Source: the human T2T-CHM13v2.0 reference genome, Homo sapiens. Taken from it: 64,000 nt of DNA. Every line of letters begins with the position of its first letter. The stretch's first letter is position 1. The DNA lies in assembly GCF_009914755.1 (NCBI RefSeq), contig NC_060931.1; one strand, 5' to 3'. The position numbers were made by a program, and so were the translations under genes. The notes below the pieces were generated by a model that worked only from the letters and a program-made list of their open reading frames with translations, was not told the DNA's origin and did no database searches. Of the stretch, positions 26,352-40,900 are shown piece by piece.

Positions 26352-26670
<319 letters not shown>

Positions 26671-29041
26671 TTATTACGCACAACAATAGCATAGAAATCG
26701 AGAGGCAATTAAATGTAGTTAGTTTCAAGTTCCTTGAATTATCTTGCATGCAAAATGTGGATTATTAGTCATTGATACACCAAGAATGCATGTTACAATT
26801 TCAGGGTCATCACTAAAATAGTAGAAATGCAAAAACATACATCTTTCAGAGTAAAAGAGAAGGAAAGCTGAGTGATAAGTCACTCAAACAATTTGAAAGA
26901 AAGCAAGAAAAGAGAGAAACAGGGACATAAAACAGCTGGGATAAACAGAAAACACATAGGAAGATGGTGGTTTTTTTATCCAAACTTACTAGTAATTATA
27001 AGTGCAAAGAGATTAAATGCCCCAGTTAATAATCAAAGACTATCAGACTGATTTTTTAAAAAATAAATAACTGTCTGCTGTTTACAAAAGACATGCCTAA
27101 AACACAAGGATACAGAAAGTTTGAAAATCAAAGAATGGATCAAGGTAGTCCATGGAAACTGTAGCTAAAAGAAAGCTGGTAAGGCTATATTAATAAAGAC
27201 TAAATACCTTTTAAGGCAAAAAGTATTAGTAGAGTTAAACAGGGACACTTCGTAATGATAAAGATTTTAGTTTAATAAGATGAAGTAATAATTCTAAATT
27301 TCCAGGCATTTAAAAACATGGCCTCAAAATATATACTTTTAAAAGTTGTCAGAACTATGAAACAAATAGAAAAATTCACAACCCTAATGGGGAATTTTAT
27401 CACACTTAATGCCAGTCATTAAAGCAGACAAAAATCAGGAATGATCTGGATAATTTGAGCAACATGAATAACACAGGAAGAGCACTTTACCTTACCACCC
27501 CTGAACAGACATTTTTTTCAAGCACACATGAAGCAGTTACCAAAGTTGACCACATGCTAGGCCATAAAACAAGCTTCAACACTTCCACGAGATTGAATTC
27601 ATATAGTCTAGTTTTTCTGATCATGTTATAATTATGCTGGAACTCAAGAGTAAGAGGATAACTAGAAAATTCAAATAGGTTTGGAAGTTAGGAAATACAC
27701 TTCCGAACAACTTATTGCCAAAGAAGAAAGCATATGAAAATTAGAAAACAATTGTACTGAATGTTAATGAAAGTATTATGTATTAAATGTATAGGATACA
27801 AATAAAACAATACTTAAAGAAAAAAGAGAAGGATTAAAAATCAATAAACAAATTATCTATCTTATGAAGTTAGAAACATTTACCAAATTAAACTCAAGGG
27901 AAGTAGAAAGAATAAAATAATAAGAATAGGAGTAAAATTAATGAAATAAGAAACAAACATAATAAAAAGCCTCAACAAAGATCAAATTCTGTTCTTGAAA
28001 AAAATTAAATTAATAAACCTCTGGTGAGACTGATCAAAGGAAGAAAAAGAGAGAAGGCACAAATAAACAGTATTCTTTAAATGATATCACTATAGATCCT
28101 AGAGTCAATCAAAAGATAATAAAAGGATATTATGATCAAGCTTATGTCAAAACAAATTGAAAATATAGATGAATGGGAAAACATATAATTGACCCAAGAA
28201 GAAACAAAATCAGAATAGTAGCATAACTGCTAAAGAAAGAGAATGTCTTCATTGGTGAGCTGTACTAAAATTTAAGGACAAAGCAACACCAATTTTATAG
28301 TCTTCAGTAAAATAGAAAAAGTGTGACTTTTCAGATTATTTATGAGGCTAAAAAAACCTCAATATCAAATGCTACAAAGGCATTACAAGAAAAAAATTGC
28401 AAGTCAATTTTGCCGCAGAAATACATGCAAAAATTCCAAAAAAAAATTACCAATCAAGTCCAGCAAAATATAACAAGGCTAACATATGTGACAAAACTGG
28501 TTTCATTCCAGGAATGCAATGTTGGCTTACTATTAGAAAATCACTCAACTCGTTACATTAATAGATTACAGGATAAAACAATATATAAACTCAACAGATG
28601 CAGAAAAAAATGTTTGATAAAAATTTTTGAGCTCCAATTATAAGATATTCACAAACTTGGGATAGAAGACAATTTCTTAAACCTTAAAGTTTATCTGCAA
28701 GAAAGCTACAGGAAACCTATACTTAATGGTGAAGCTTTGAAGATGTTCCTTTTGAAATAAAGAATGAGTGAAGAATGCCAGCATCAACACTTCTGTTCAA
28801 CATTGTAAGAAATCCTAGTCAATGTAGTAAAACAAGAAAAAAAAATAAGATAAAAGGTATATGGATTCATAATAAATAATAAAAACTGACAATATAGATA
28901 TAAATATATAGCTGAATATCCAAAATAATATACAGATAAATTATTAGAATTAATCACAAGGTTTAATAAGGTTGCAGGATACAAAAATCAATATTATTTC
29001 CACATAGCAGCAATAAATAAAAAATTTAATTTTTAAAGTTT

Positions 29042-29694
29042 TGTAGCAATGAAGGGAAAGCTTCCTTTTTGCCCTTGGAGGCTTCACTGAAAAATCAAGT
29101 CATAAAAAGGCAGAAAAATAAGAGAAAAAGCATAAAATTTATTACTCCTATGCACACGGGGAAAATCGGAGTGATTGGCCAATACTTCAATGGGTACAGA
29201 TGCTTGTAGAGCCTTCTTCTTAGGGGAAAGAGAGATGGGGAAGCGTGGATGATTTTAGGGGAATAATAAATGATTTTTAGGAATTTGGTGTGCTTGAAGA
29301 AAACAATGGTCCAGGACAGAGTCTGTTGGACTCACAGAGCAGACTTTTGTTTGTGACAAAAGTCTGTCCAGGTTTGTTGATAGACTTTAGTCTTCCTTCT
29401 TGTGATATGGGTTCAGTTAATGAAAACTCGGGGAAGGGACCGCAAGTCATTGTTTTCTTCTTTGGTAAGTCTAGAATTAGGCAGATAAGGAAACTTCATG
29501 ATTGAGAGGCAGGAGGAGGGAGAGGAGAAACAATTGTTCTCCCTGGTAAGAGAACTGAAAACTGGTCCAGTCTTTATGTAGATGGGGGGGGAAATCTCTT
29601 CTAGCATCTGCTGATCTCTAAGGGCCTTTTAATTCAAAATATATTATAATGCCATGAAGCCATATTTTAGGGTAAAGTTCCATGAGCTCCTGCA
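29042..29694 (-). mobile_element. MER34/MER39-like ERV1 solo LTR inserted into the L1
   Basis: Reverse complement begins tgcaggagctcatggaactttaccctaaaatatggc...cagcagatgctagaagag, as in MER34-group LTRs. Confidence 0.6.
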
Positions 29695-31197
29695 TTCGTT
29701 ATTTACAATAGCCTTAAAAAATGAAATTCGTAGGAGTAAATTTATAAAAAGGTATGTAAATCTCTATGGAGAAATTATAATACTATTGAGATATATTCTA
29801 AAAACTAATGAAATGCAGAAATATATCATGACTATTGTTCAGAAACTGAATATCCTAAGATAATCAATTTTCAAATTGATCTCTGAAGATTCAGTAGAAT
29901 GCCAAGAGGAATTTGGTAGAACTTGGTAAGTTGTCTCTAAAATTTATATGGAAATGCAAAGGGCCAAAAATAGCCACGACACTGTTGACTAAAAAGGAAA
30001 AAAATGGGAGAGCTTAACTAACCACATATCAAACTTATCATGAAAGAATAATAATGAAAGCTGTGGTATGGGCGCTAAAGTAGACAACTTAGCAAATGGA
30101 ATAGAAAAGGAGTCCAGGGAAAGATGCCCACATATAGGTAAACGATTTGTTTCAGTGGTAACATTGCAAAGCAGTAAGGAAAGGGTGTTCTTTTCAATTA
30201 TATAAAAAATTGGACATTTATGTGGGAGAAAATTTACTGAAAACCTACTGGATTATATGTCAAATTGGTTCCAGGTGGATTATAGACCTAAATTCACAAG
30301 ACAATAGGACGCTGAAAAAATAATGTGACAAAACACAAAACACTGTACTCATGAAGGAAAATATTGATACATTTAATTATTTAAAAGTAGAAATTTCTGT
30401 TCATCAAAATATATTAAAAATGTGAAAAGACAAGCTATAGAATGGAAAATGACATTTGCAAAATATATAACTGACCAAGATCTAGTATTTGTAATATATA
30501 AAAACTACTGCAAATCAGTAAGAAAAAGATTTTAAAAGACAGTAGAAGACATAGAAAAATGGGCAAGAATTAACTTCAGAAAAGAAGTTATCCAAATGGA
30601 CAAAAAACTATGAAAAGGTGTTTAATCTCATTAAAAAGCAAGGGAAAGTAAATTAAATCACAATGATATATGAGTATGCATATTGGCCTAACTTAAAACC
30701 TTTGACAATATCAAATGTTGCTGAGGATGTACAGCATCAGAAATGCTTATCTTGTGTGAACTGGAGAATAATTAGTACAACTATTCTGGAAAATTATGTG
30801 CCTTAAACTAGTAAAACTAAGGATTTGTGTTTCCCGTGACCTTGAAATTCCACACTGAGTACACACCCTACAGAAGTGTGAATTATGTGCACCATAATAG
30901 ATATGAAAAATATTTGTAATAGCACTAATTATAAGAGCCTCAAATTGGAGGCAAAACAAATGCTTATTAGCAGTAGAATAGATAAATAAATTATGGTGTA
31001 TTTCATACAATGGAATACTTTACAGCAACAAAAAAATGAAGAAACTGCATATGCTTGCAGCAACATAAAAAAACTTTAAAAACATAATATAAAGGTCAAA
31101 GACAGAGACATTAAAGATAACATATGATCTCATTTATATGAAATTCAAAACTAACCAAAATTAAATTATCATATTTAGCAATGCACACATAGGTAAT

Positions 31198-31565
31198 TGT
31201 ATTAGTCCGTTTTTCACACTGCTGATAAAGACATACCTGAGACTGGACAATTTACAAAAGAAAGAGGTTTATTGGACTTACAGTTCCACATTGCTGGGGA
31301 GGTTTCACAATCATGGCAGAAGGCAAGGAGGAGCAAGTCACATCTTACATGGATGGCAGCAGTCAAAGAGCAAGCTTATGCAAAGAAACTCCCATTTTTA
31401 AAACCATCAGATCTCGTAAGACCCATTCACTATCACAAGAACAGCACAGGAAAGACCTGTCCCCATGATTCAGTCATCTCCCACTGGGTCCCTTCCACAA
31501 CATGTGGGAATTATGGGAGCTACAGGATGAGATCTGGGGGGGGGACACAGATCCAAACCATATCA
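31198..31565 (-). mobile_element. THE1 (B/C-like) solo LTR inserted into the L1
   Basis: tgtattagtccgtttttcacactgctgataaagacatacc...ggggacacagatccaaaccatatca; degraded 5-bp TSD gtaat/gtgac. Confidence 0.92.
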
Positions 31566-32344
31566 GTGACAAAACTCTAAAGCAAAGCAGGAAATCACTT
31601 TTTATAAGAGTCCAGATTGAAATATCTTTGTGGGGAGAGGGAGGAGATGTACAGAGAGAGGCTGGCAGAGTCTCTTTTTTGCTCTAGGTGGCAGGTTCAA
31701 GGGTGTTCAGTTTATTTTGGAAGCAGTGCAGAGAAGGGAGCCAGACTAGAAACAGGGAGGTGATCAACTGGGTCTTGGTTACATACAGAAAACAGCAGAG
31801 ACAGCTGAAAGATCCTTCTCTGTGTTCAGAGCCATCATCTATCATTAGCATCCAGTGATAGCAGGAACATTGATGCCAACATTTTTCAAAGTCTGCAGAA
31901 ATGACTTGGCCCCTCCACAGAGCCTTGTGAGTCAGTTCAGAAGAAATCAATATCCATCTTCTGTTCTCTTCTTGCCTGCCAAGGGGACCTGGAATCCTTA
32001 AGTTTTGCTCCTGGTTTCCCACTTCAGTATTCATCCAAAGAGTCTCCTCCTGCTTGTTTTCATTCTTTCTGCCCTTCCTTGTCCCCCAGAGTGGAGATCT
32101 GAAGTGCATAATACCCCACTATGCGGTGATGTTAGCCCCAGAGCACAGCTGAACACAGCATTCCTCAGGAGAGGATTCATCCTCTATATAGGGAACACTG
32201 GAGATATTGCTGCCCTAACTCCAAAGAACTAATCACCAAAGCTTGGGACTTTGGGCCCATGGTAGGCAACTGGAAGAGTTATCTGGGGCAAAGAGTGTAA
32301 CTCAAACATCATCATAACTATCTGACAGACTTTAAGGAGGCCAA

Positions 32345-32515
32345 TCCAATGTTCTCAAACCTGGCTGCATCATGAATCACTCAAGGAATTTATTTTTTAT
32401 CCAGATTTCTGAACCCCCAACCCCAGAGATTCTGACTTACTGGGTTCTGGGTAGAACATGGAAATCTGTATTTATAGCAACTCACCCAGGCGATTCATCC
32501 AGGTGGCTCTGGTGC
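32345..32515. mobile_element. MER5A-like MITE
   Basis: caatgttctcaaacctggctgcatcatgaatcac...ccagagattctgac...cccaggcgattc. Confidence 0.65.
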
Positions 32516-32944
32516 AACTCTTCAATGGGCTGGTACTTAGGAGCATCCCCGGGGGTCAGAGCTCAAGTTCCTCATGGCCAGGAACTGTGTAGGCCTCCTT
32601 TGCTTACATCTAAGTGGTTTCCCCTGGTCCAACTGGAACACGAATGTTATCTCCTGAGTCCAACTTTATTGCTTCTTCTAACCATCTAGATATCTGCTAG
32701 TAAAACTCAAGACATCTCTAATTCTTCCTCTTTCCACTAGAGATTTAAATGCATTTTTTTCACATAAAGATGGACTTTAATCTAATGTAGTTATGCATGC
32801 ATATAAATGCCCAAACAAGAGCCAAGTTGGGAAATATGGCCATGTGTTGATGTGATGTCTTGGAACAAGGAAGGACACCTCTGCAGAGGTGTTTTGAGGG
32901 CTATACCCACATGCTGATGTGATACCTTATCAAAGCACTCTAGA

Positions 32945-33560
32945 GCAGCCATTCTTAAATATTTTGGCCTCAAAAAGACCAAACAAGTCCTTTATGATTG
33001 CTTATGTGTATTGTATGCATTGATATTTACATGGATATTTATAATCCATTCATGTTAAAAATTAAAACTGAAAAAATATTTGTTTATAAATCATTTACAA
33101 ATAACAATAATAAACTCACTATATTAACATAAATATCTTTTGTATGAAAATAACTATTTTCAACAAAATTTAGTGAGAAAAGTGACATTGTTTTAACTTT
33201 ATGCAAATCTTTTTAAGTTTGACTTAATAGAAGACAGATTTTCATATCTTCTGCATTCAATCTGTTGCAATATGCTGTTTTGATGGAAATATATAAGGAA
33301 AATCAGTCTTCACAAATATGTGGTCAGAAAAAAAGTATTTTAATCTGCCTCTGCACTTAATCTGTTGCATTATAACATGCCATGTAACCTCTGGAAAATT
33401 CCACTGTACACATGACAGAACAAAAATGAAAAAGGCAAGTAACATTTTAGTACTGTTGTAAAAAGAGTTTTGACCTCACAGACCCCCAGGATTCTCAGAC
33501 TTGGCCCCTCCTTCCCCACTCTCCCCACTCCCATCCTAGTTTTGGACCATGCTTTGGAGA
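32945..33560. mobile_element. hAT-Charlie DNA transposon relic (MER119-like)
   Basis: AT-rich body ending agagttttgacctcacagaccccc...tttggaccatgctttggaga; subfamily uncertain. Confidence 0.45.
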
Positions 33561-35431
33561 CGGAAGACTGATTCTTCAAAGAAAAGCAGTGTGCTCCTTT
33601 CTTTGCCAATAGACAGCCGTTGCTGTAACACTGTTCTCTTGGACACAAAGCTGAGCTGGATGAGGCAGGCAAGCTAAGGGACTGTTTGTATCCATTTGCA
33701 GAGCTGGTGAAAGCGCTAACTTATAGCCAATGCTGATTGAGGCTTCGTTCCAGGCAACAAACACCTCAGCAGGTTCACCTGGTGATTAAACCCGCCTCTG
33801 CCGGAGGCAAAAGCCCAATGCCCTACTCACACTGGGGACAGGTGATTGCTTGAATTGAGGAAGAGAATAGTCAAGATTCACCTCAAAGTTGATGGCATTT
33901 GCCAGGGTTCTGAGTTTGAGCAACAAACAGCACTCGTGTTTGTCAGAATGAGCCTCTGAGCCACCTCCCCATGCACTTGAGCAGTTCCCCTTCTGAGAAT
34001 ATGTTTCCCTCAGATATCTGCTTGTCCAACATCCTTGCTTTCCTCAGATCTTTGCCCACATGGTGCTTTCTAAGAGAGGCCCACCTAGACTACATTGTTT
34101 AATACTGCAGCTGCCAGCCCAGCAATCTGGATGCCCGACTATCTGGCATTTTTCTTTTGCAGTAGTATGTATTGCCTTCTAACATACTGTACAATGTGCT
34201 TATTGGCTATGTTTATTGTTGATATCTCCCATGAGACAAAGATCTTTGTTTTATTCAATGTTGTATTCCCAAGGACAGAACCACACCCAAAATAGAGTAG
34301 ATACCAATAAATATTAGCTTAATGAACGCACAGGTAATATTTACACATGGAGGGGCAGAGGAGAACATCAGCTTCCTGTAAGCAGCCTACTCCCAAGAGA
34401 AGGGGAAGGCAGAGCTAAGCATGCTTGGTTTATTCTCTGCAAATTCATGATGCATGGTTCAGCCATTCCTTTTCATCAGAGTGACTGAAGGGCAAATAGG
34501 AATTGGGAATGTGATATCTCCACAGTGAAAGAAGACATCAGGAATGGAAAAGAAGAACCCACCCCTGATATCCCTAACAGTTTGTTCTTAACTCATTTGC
34601 ATTCAACTCCTAAGCCCATGCTCAGTTTAAGCCTGTGGTGATCCTCAGTGATCAGAAATTCCAGCAAGAGCATTCTGCTCCCTCTTCAACAGGCACTCCC
34701 CCAGTGCCAACCATTGCACCTGCACCCTTTGTTTCCTTATTGTTTCTCAGCTCCAAAGCCACCCTTTTATTCACTTCTCTTGATGGTGGGGTGAGTACTT
34801 TGCAAACCAAATTTCTCAGACTACCTCAATCATTGACTTCCTGTCTGCCAAAAGGAGATAGGCAGGAGACTGGAAGCAAGCAAGAGCGTAATTGCGGGAG
34901 TGGGAGTTGGGGGGTGGCAGTGGGCAGTTCTTCCTCCAAGCCCCAGCCTTGCCATCTCCTCAGTTACTAGCAGCATCCAGGCACTATTTGTCCTCAGTTG
35001 CATGGAGCTCACCCCCAGAGTCCCAGAATCAGCCCTGGGGCCTCCTCTGAACTCTTAGGATAACTCTACCCTTTATTTTTTGTTCCTCCAGTCTTAGGAA
35101 TATTAGCAGCTTTCTGCAGTTAGACTCTCTATGTTACTTCTCTTTCCTGCTCTTTCATTCCTCCCATAGCCATGGGATCAGTTCCCTGCATTGAGTCTCT
35201 CTATCTAAAATACCTAGTGTGGTTTCTCTTTCTTTGCCTGGATGGACCCTAACTCATACAGCTTCTCTGTAGATACTTTTGGGAACATCAGTGGACAAGT
35301 TAGAATTCATCCCCAGGGAGCTCTGATGTGGGTCAGAAAATTTACTAATTAAATTTCTACAAGAGTGCAAATCCATTGCTTATTCCATTTCTCTTTCCTA
35401 AGTATGCCCTTCCACATTGTCCAATATAAGT

Positions 35432-35562
35432 GGGGTGACCATACACACCAATGCACCCAAGACAGTCCAGGTTTTTGCCTGTTATCCCAGCAAAATTATT
35501 AATATAGCCTCCTTTCTCTCTCAAAACTATCTAGTTTGGGTGATAAATTATATGGTCACTGT
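35432..35562. mobile_element. MER94 (hAT-Blackjack) MITE
   Basis: TIRs gggtgaccata ... tatggtcact; internal gacagtccaggtttttgcctgttatcccagc. Confidence 0.75.
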
Positions 35563-35624
35563 AAATATAGACCATCATATGTTCTACAGTGAAATTCAAT
35601 GACGACATTAAGATACTACAGCAA

Positions 35625-37066
35625 GGAGGCATCGAGCTACCTGACTTCAAACTATACTACAAGGCTACAGTAACCAAAACAGCATGATACTGGTACCAAA
35701 ACAGATATGTAGACCTATGGAACAGAACAGAGGCCTCAGAAATAATGCCACACATCTGCAACCATCTGATCTTTGACAAACCTGACAGAAACAAGCAATG
35801 GGAAAAGATTCCCTATTTAATAAATTGTGTTGGGGAAATAGGCTAGCCATATGCAGAAAACTGAAAGTGGACCCGTTCCTTATGCCTTATACAAAAATTA
35901 ACTCAAGATCGATTAAAGCCTTAAATGTAAGACCTAAAACTATAAAAACCCTAGAAGAAAACCTAGGCAATACCATTAGGACATAGGTATGGGCAAAGAC
36001 TTTATGACTAAAACACCAAAAGCAAAGGCAACAAAAGCCAAAATTGGTAAATGGGATCTAATTAAACTAAAGAGCTTCTGCACAGCAAAAGAAACTAACA
36101 TCAGAGTGAACAGGCAACCTACAGAATGGGAGAAAATTTTTGCAATCTATCCATCTGACAAAGGGCTAATATCCAGAATCTACAAAGAACTTAAACAAAC
36201 TTACAAGAAAAAACAACCCCATCAAAAAGTGGGCAAAGGATATGAACAGACACTTCTCAAAAACAGACATTTATGCAGCTAACAAACGTATGAAAAAAGT
36301 TCATCATCAATTGGTCATTAGAGAAATGCAAATCAAAACCAAAATGAGATACCATCTCATGCCAGTTAGAGTGGCAATCCTTAAAAAGCCAGGAAACAAC
36401 AGATGCTGGAGAGGATGTAGAGAAATAGGAACGCTTTTACACTTTGGTGGGAGTGTAAATTAGTTCAACCATTGTGGAAGACAGTGTGGTGATTCCTCAA
36501 GGATCTAGAACCGGTAATACCATTTGACCCAGCAATCCCATTACTAGGTATATACCCAAAGGATTATAAATCATTCTACTATAAAAACACATGCACACAT
36601 TTGTTTATTGCAGCACTGTTCACAATAGCAAAGACTTGGAACCAACCCAAATGTCCATCAATAGACTGGATAAAGAAAATGTGGCACATATACACCATAG
36701 AATACTATGCAGCCATAAAAAAGGATGAGTTCATGTCCTTTGCAGGGACATAGATGAAGCTGGAAACCATCATTCTCAGCAAACTAACACAGGAACAGAA
36801 AACCAAACACTGCATGTCCTCACTCCTAAGTGTCAGTTGAACAATGAGAACACATGGACACAAGGAAGGGAACATCACACACTGGAGCCTGTTGTGGGGT
36901 GGAGGGCTAGGGGAGGGATAGCATTAGGAGAAACACCTAATGTAGATGACGGGTTGATGGGTGTAGCAAACCAGCATGGCACGTGTATACCTATGTAACA
37001 AACCTGCACGTTCTGCACATGTATCCCAGAACTTAAAGTATAATAATAAAAAAAAAAGAAAAAAAA
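35625..37066 (+). mobile_element. 5'-truncated L1PA (about PA7-like), sense to NPSR1
   Basis: ORF2 C-terminal relics ([12 protein letters not shown]..., MNRHFSK...), primate L1 3'UTR, AATAAA 37045-37050 and A tail; 15-bp TSD aagatactacagcaa (35610-35624) / aagacactccagcaa (37067-37081). Confidence 0.95.
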
Positions 37067-37521
37067 AAGACACTCCAGCAATAAAATACCAATTACAAGA
37101 TGTTCCAAATTTGAATATAAACTCCTTCTCATCATGAATTTTCTGAAATTAAAATTAAATGATTAAGTTCAATGATTAATGTACAAAGATATTAAACCCC
37201 AAAGGAGTTGAAGTCCAAAATCATATTCTCTTCACCTTGTAATTAAAAGTTCAAAGAAAATTAATGTCCAAAATATATCCCAATTTCTTATCCAACTGCT
37301 TTGTTATATTTCTCAATGTTCCTAGGCCATGCACAAAATGTTGGAGTTGAGATGTCCAAATATAACTTCCTTTTTCCTCATGAGCATCTTGAACAGATTA
37401 TAAAATAAAACAAAGAGAACAGAGAAGAGACTAAAACAACACCCTTATTACTAACAAATGTGACTTGTGCCTACAGGCAAGAAAGCCTGCTAACAATGAA
37501 CTCTGGAACTGGTCTTCCCCA

Positions 37522-37957
37522 CTGTGGCATAAACAGCTACTGTTCACCCATGCCTGTGTTTGTCCCCTCTTCCAGGCACAACTACACTATATCTTTCTCA
37601 GCCTCCCTTATGGTTAACTCTGTTCATGTCATTGAATTTTGGCCAATGGAACGTGGAAAAAAATTCTGCGCACCCTCCTAATATGGTCCATAAAAATTTC
37701 TCAAGTGTGTTTCATGCTTTCACACCCTCCCCTCATTTGCAAGCTGAATGAAGAGGACTCTCAGGGCTTAGAAGAGGGCAAAGCCACCAGATGGAAGAAC
37801 ACTAGGTCTCAGCATTACTGCATGGAATAGAGCCTGTTTCTTTACCACCAATCCTCATTGAACGGTGATATAAGTGAGAAACAAACATTTATTTTTGCTC
37901 AGCTACGGAATGTTTGGAAGTTGTTTGTTTCACTGGTTAGCCTATCCTGCCTGATAC
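37522..37957 (+). mobile_element. MLT1J-like MaLR LTR
   Basis: tgtggc...catgtcattgaattttggccaatggaacgtgg...ttagcctatcctgcctgataca. Confidence 0.6.
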
Positions 37958-40900
37958 ACCCACAAAATCTCTGGAAGGGCTGATGCGGGACAGGTTTTCC
38001 TGTGGCAGGAAGTGAACTGCTCAGGTGAGACAGAGACGCGGAAGAAACTTCTGACCCTATGGACAGCTCCCCCCATGAAAAAGAGGGCGAGGCTGAGCTG
38101 AGCATGCTCAGTAGAATCTTTCCACATTCAATCCAAGCGACTTAAGCCCCTCTTTCTTCCCTGGTAGGAGTGAGGGAGCTTCTTTCCAGAGGCTAAAATA
38201 ATCACAGCGCCACATGGAAGGAAACAGCTCCCCACTGAAAATGTGTTTTCTTTTTGTGCAGCTCTTTTCTTGATCTCTAGAAATCTTTCCCTTTGTTCCC
38301 CATCAGATTCTATATACTGTTTCTCAAGACACACCCCCCTTAGCATCCTTAGCAGGTATAAGACAGAGGGGCACTACATTTCTCTCTTCTGACTAGCCCA
38401 TGAATGCCAGTCACATGGTCCCCTTTGGGCAAGCTTGGGTGAGAGTTAAAGGAGAAACAGCCCTTCTTGACCTCTCTCCCCACCTGCTCCAGATTCCAGA
38501 GTCCATGAAGGGTCATTCTCAGCAGACATAATAAGGATCCTGGATGCATTCTTCTTTTTAACAATGAGGTCATTTCCTCACAAATCACCAGGCTCTTCCT
38601 AAGGGAAGTTTGCACCCACAGCAATGCCCAGAGTCCACCTGCTTTACAGACCCACCTTCCTTCCCTGCCTTTATTTGAAAAGGAGAGAGAAAGGCTCCAA
38701 TCTTCATCATAACAAAACTAATGCTGGGATGAATCCACTTCAATGTGCTTGCCATGCTTGTAGTCCCTACTGAGGGACAATACCCTGCATAGCCCTGGAT
38801 ACTTGGACCTACGTTTTGTCCCACACGGCCTCCACCTCCCAACCAAAACAGATGAGGCAGAGGTGGATGCCGATGGATTGGTCAGCACACTATGGCTGAG
38901 AGATAAGCCAGTTAACGGGAATTGAAACCCAAAGTTCATGATGTAGAATTCAAATGAGATAAGTCACAATGAACCATCTCAAAACCATGAAACAGCAGGA
39001 CCCGTGAGTAAACAGAGGAAGTCAGCTCATGGAGAAAGGACAAGGGCACAGTTGTAGACAGACATGCAAATGATGAGAGGATAGCGGAGGGACAGGAGGC
39101 AGAGCGCACAGCCTGGAGGAAACTATTCACAGAGATATCTCAGAACCTGTCCGTTGTTCAGTGCTTTCTTTCCATGTCTATGTTTATAATAAGCCCCTTT
39201 TTCCTTGACCTGACTTGGGTGGTCAAGGTCACTATGTCTTGCCTGATTGAGACAACTCAGTTGCACAATTGCATAATTAGACTGTGATAAGTGATCTAGA
39301 AAACCATGATCATATGGGCTTCTCCTCTTCCTACCTAAAATAGCAGATGCCTTGAGGTAAAAACTTTGGGAAAAGGGTATGAATAAGCACTAGATAGTTT
39401 TGCAAGATTTGCACTCTAGGGAAAAGGAGAGTAAGCTAGGTGAATTATTGGGATATTCTTTAGGTTACTATGAGATTTGGAGGTTACAGTTAGAAAAAAA
39501 AGTTTCCTGCAGCAAAACCCATGCCAAATTGAAAAATTCTTTAGACCACATGGGAGGTCTTCAAGGAAATCATGGTGCTGGTTAAAAATAATAATAATAA
39601 AAGATAAAAGATTTTGACTTCTCTTCTTCTGGGGATGGGAGAACTAAAGCCAGGCCTCAGTGTCATCTTTCCACCCAGGAGCAAGACTGAGCCCTTCCAC
39701 TGTGGGACATTGAGGCCTGAATAAGACCCTTCCAAGCAAAGGTGAAAGAGGCTCTGAGCACAAGTACCCATAAACATGGGCTGCGGTAACATAGGAACCC
39801 AGAACCCTCATCATCAAAGCCAATGAATGTCTCTAAGAAAGGGAGTGATTGTCCTGACAGAGTTTAAGAGCCAAAAGGCTTTGTGGACTCAACCTCCAAA
39901 ACAGAGCAGATGGGAGGAGGGATGGTGAGAAGGCTTATTCCCAAGCCAAGCCCTGGAGAAGATGGCAAAGTGGCAGGTGGAAAGCGTGGTAGATGTGGAG
40001 TCCCATGTGAGATAGGATATCCCAGCTGATGCCTCACAAATCCTCTCACTTGCTGCCTCTCATTGCGCCTCCTGTTTCTATCTTCAGTAAAGGCTTGAGG
40101 CTATTTGGAGCCCAGAAGCCAGCAGCTGAAGGGAACAGGCAATTGGCCAGGCCAGCTCCTCAGCCCAAGGAAGGCAGGCCTGGGGCAATGCCCACTGGCC
40201 AGTAACATCAGAGGGCCCACTGGAAACACATCCAAGTCCCCGTGACTCACAACTGTCATAGCTGTGAAGTAGTGTCATCTTTCTTCCTGAAGATTTCCGA
40301 TATCACCCCAGGAGCAACAGGGATGATTGATTTTTGCTCTGGAAATAAGTAATGGGTCACTGGGGAGACAAATAGAACTATTGCTTCCTTAAGAAGCAAT
40401 CTCTCTTAAGAAATTATAAAGCAAGTGGCTCCCCTGCTCAGTGGTGTCTGTGGCATTGCACTCCCAGCCTTTCAGGATAAGTCTAAAATAGTTTGGCACT
40501 CAGTTCCAAGCTCACCTATGGAAAAGGAGGAACTCCAAAATCTGTAGAATAAATAAAGTAATAAGGTATGCCTGCCCTAAATGGAGAAAGTCCAGCCAGT
40601 ATTATTAAAAACTTTCAGTCTTTAAAATTTATAACATGGAAAGCTGTACTATATTGAAGTATCTGAGTCTCCCCAAAAACAATGACATTAGGGAGGAAAT
40701 CAAATGAGAAGAATCTAAGATTGACAGTTCAACTAGCCAAATCGCCAAATAATCTGCAGGCACAGTGGGAGAGTGGACTGTTATTAAATAAACCTCTGGT
40801 GAATTTTCTTTATTAAAGAGCAAGAAGTCAGCTGGTTTCAAAGCCCAGGGAATGTGGGGATGTAGACCCTTTCAGCGATAGCCAAAAGTGAGAGTTAGGA

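Larger units (their letters stand above)
26760..31640 (+). mobile_element. Old degenerate L1 (L1M-type) ORF2/3' region, interrupted by two LTRs
   Basis: A-rich sense strand with ORF2 relics (ORF 28323-28643 ...ITNQVQQNITRLTYVTKLVSFQECNVG, RT-region-like) and L1 3'UTR motifs; many stops and frameshifts. Confidence 0.85.

Noticed and set aside
35798-36463. Chain of ORFs resembling a protein
   Set aside because: Broken L1 ORF2 C-terminus in a 5'-truncated element.
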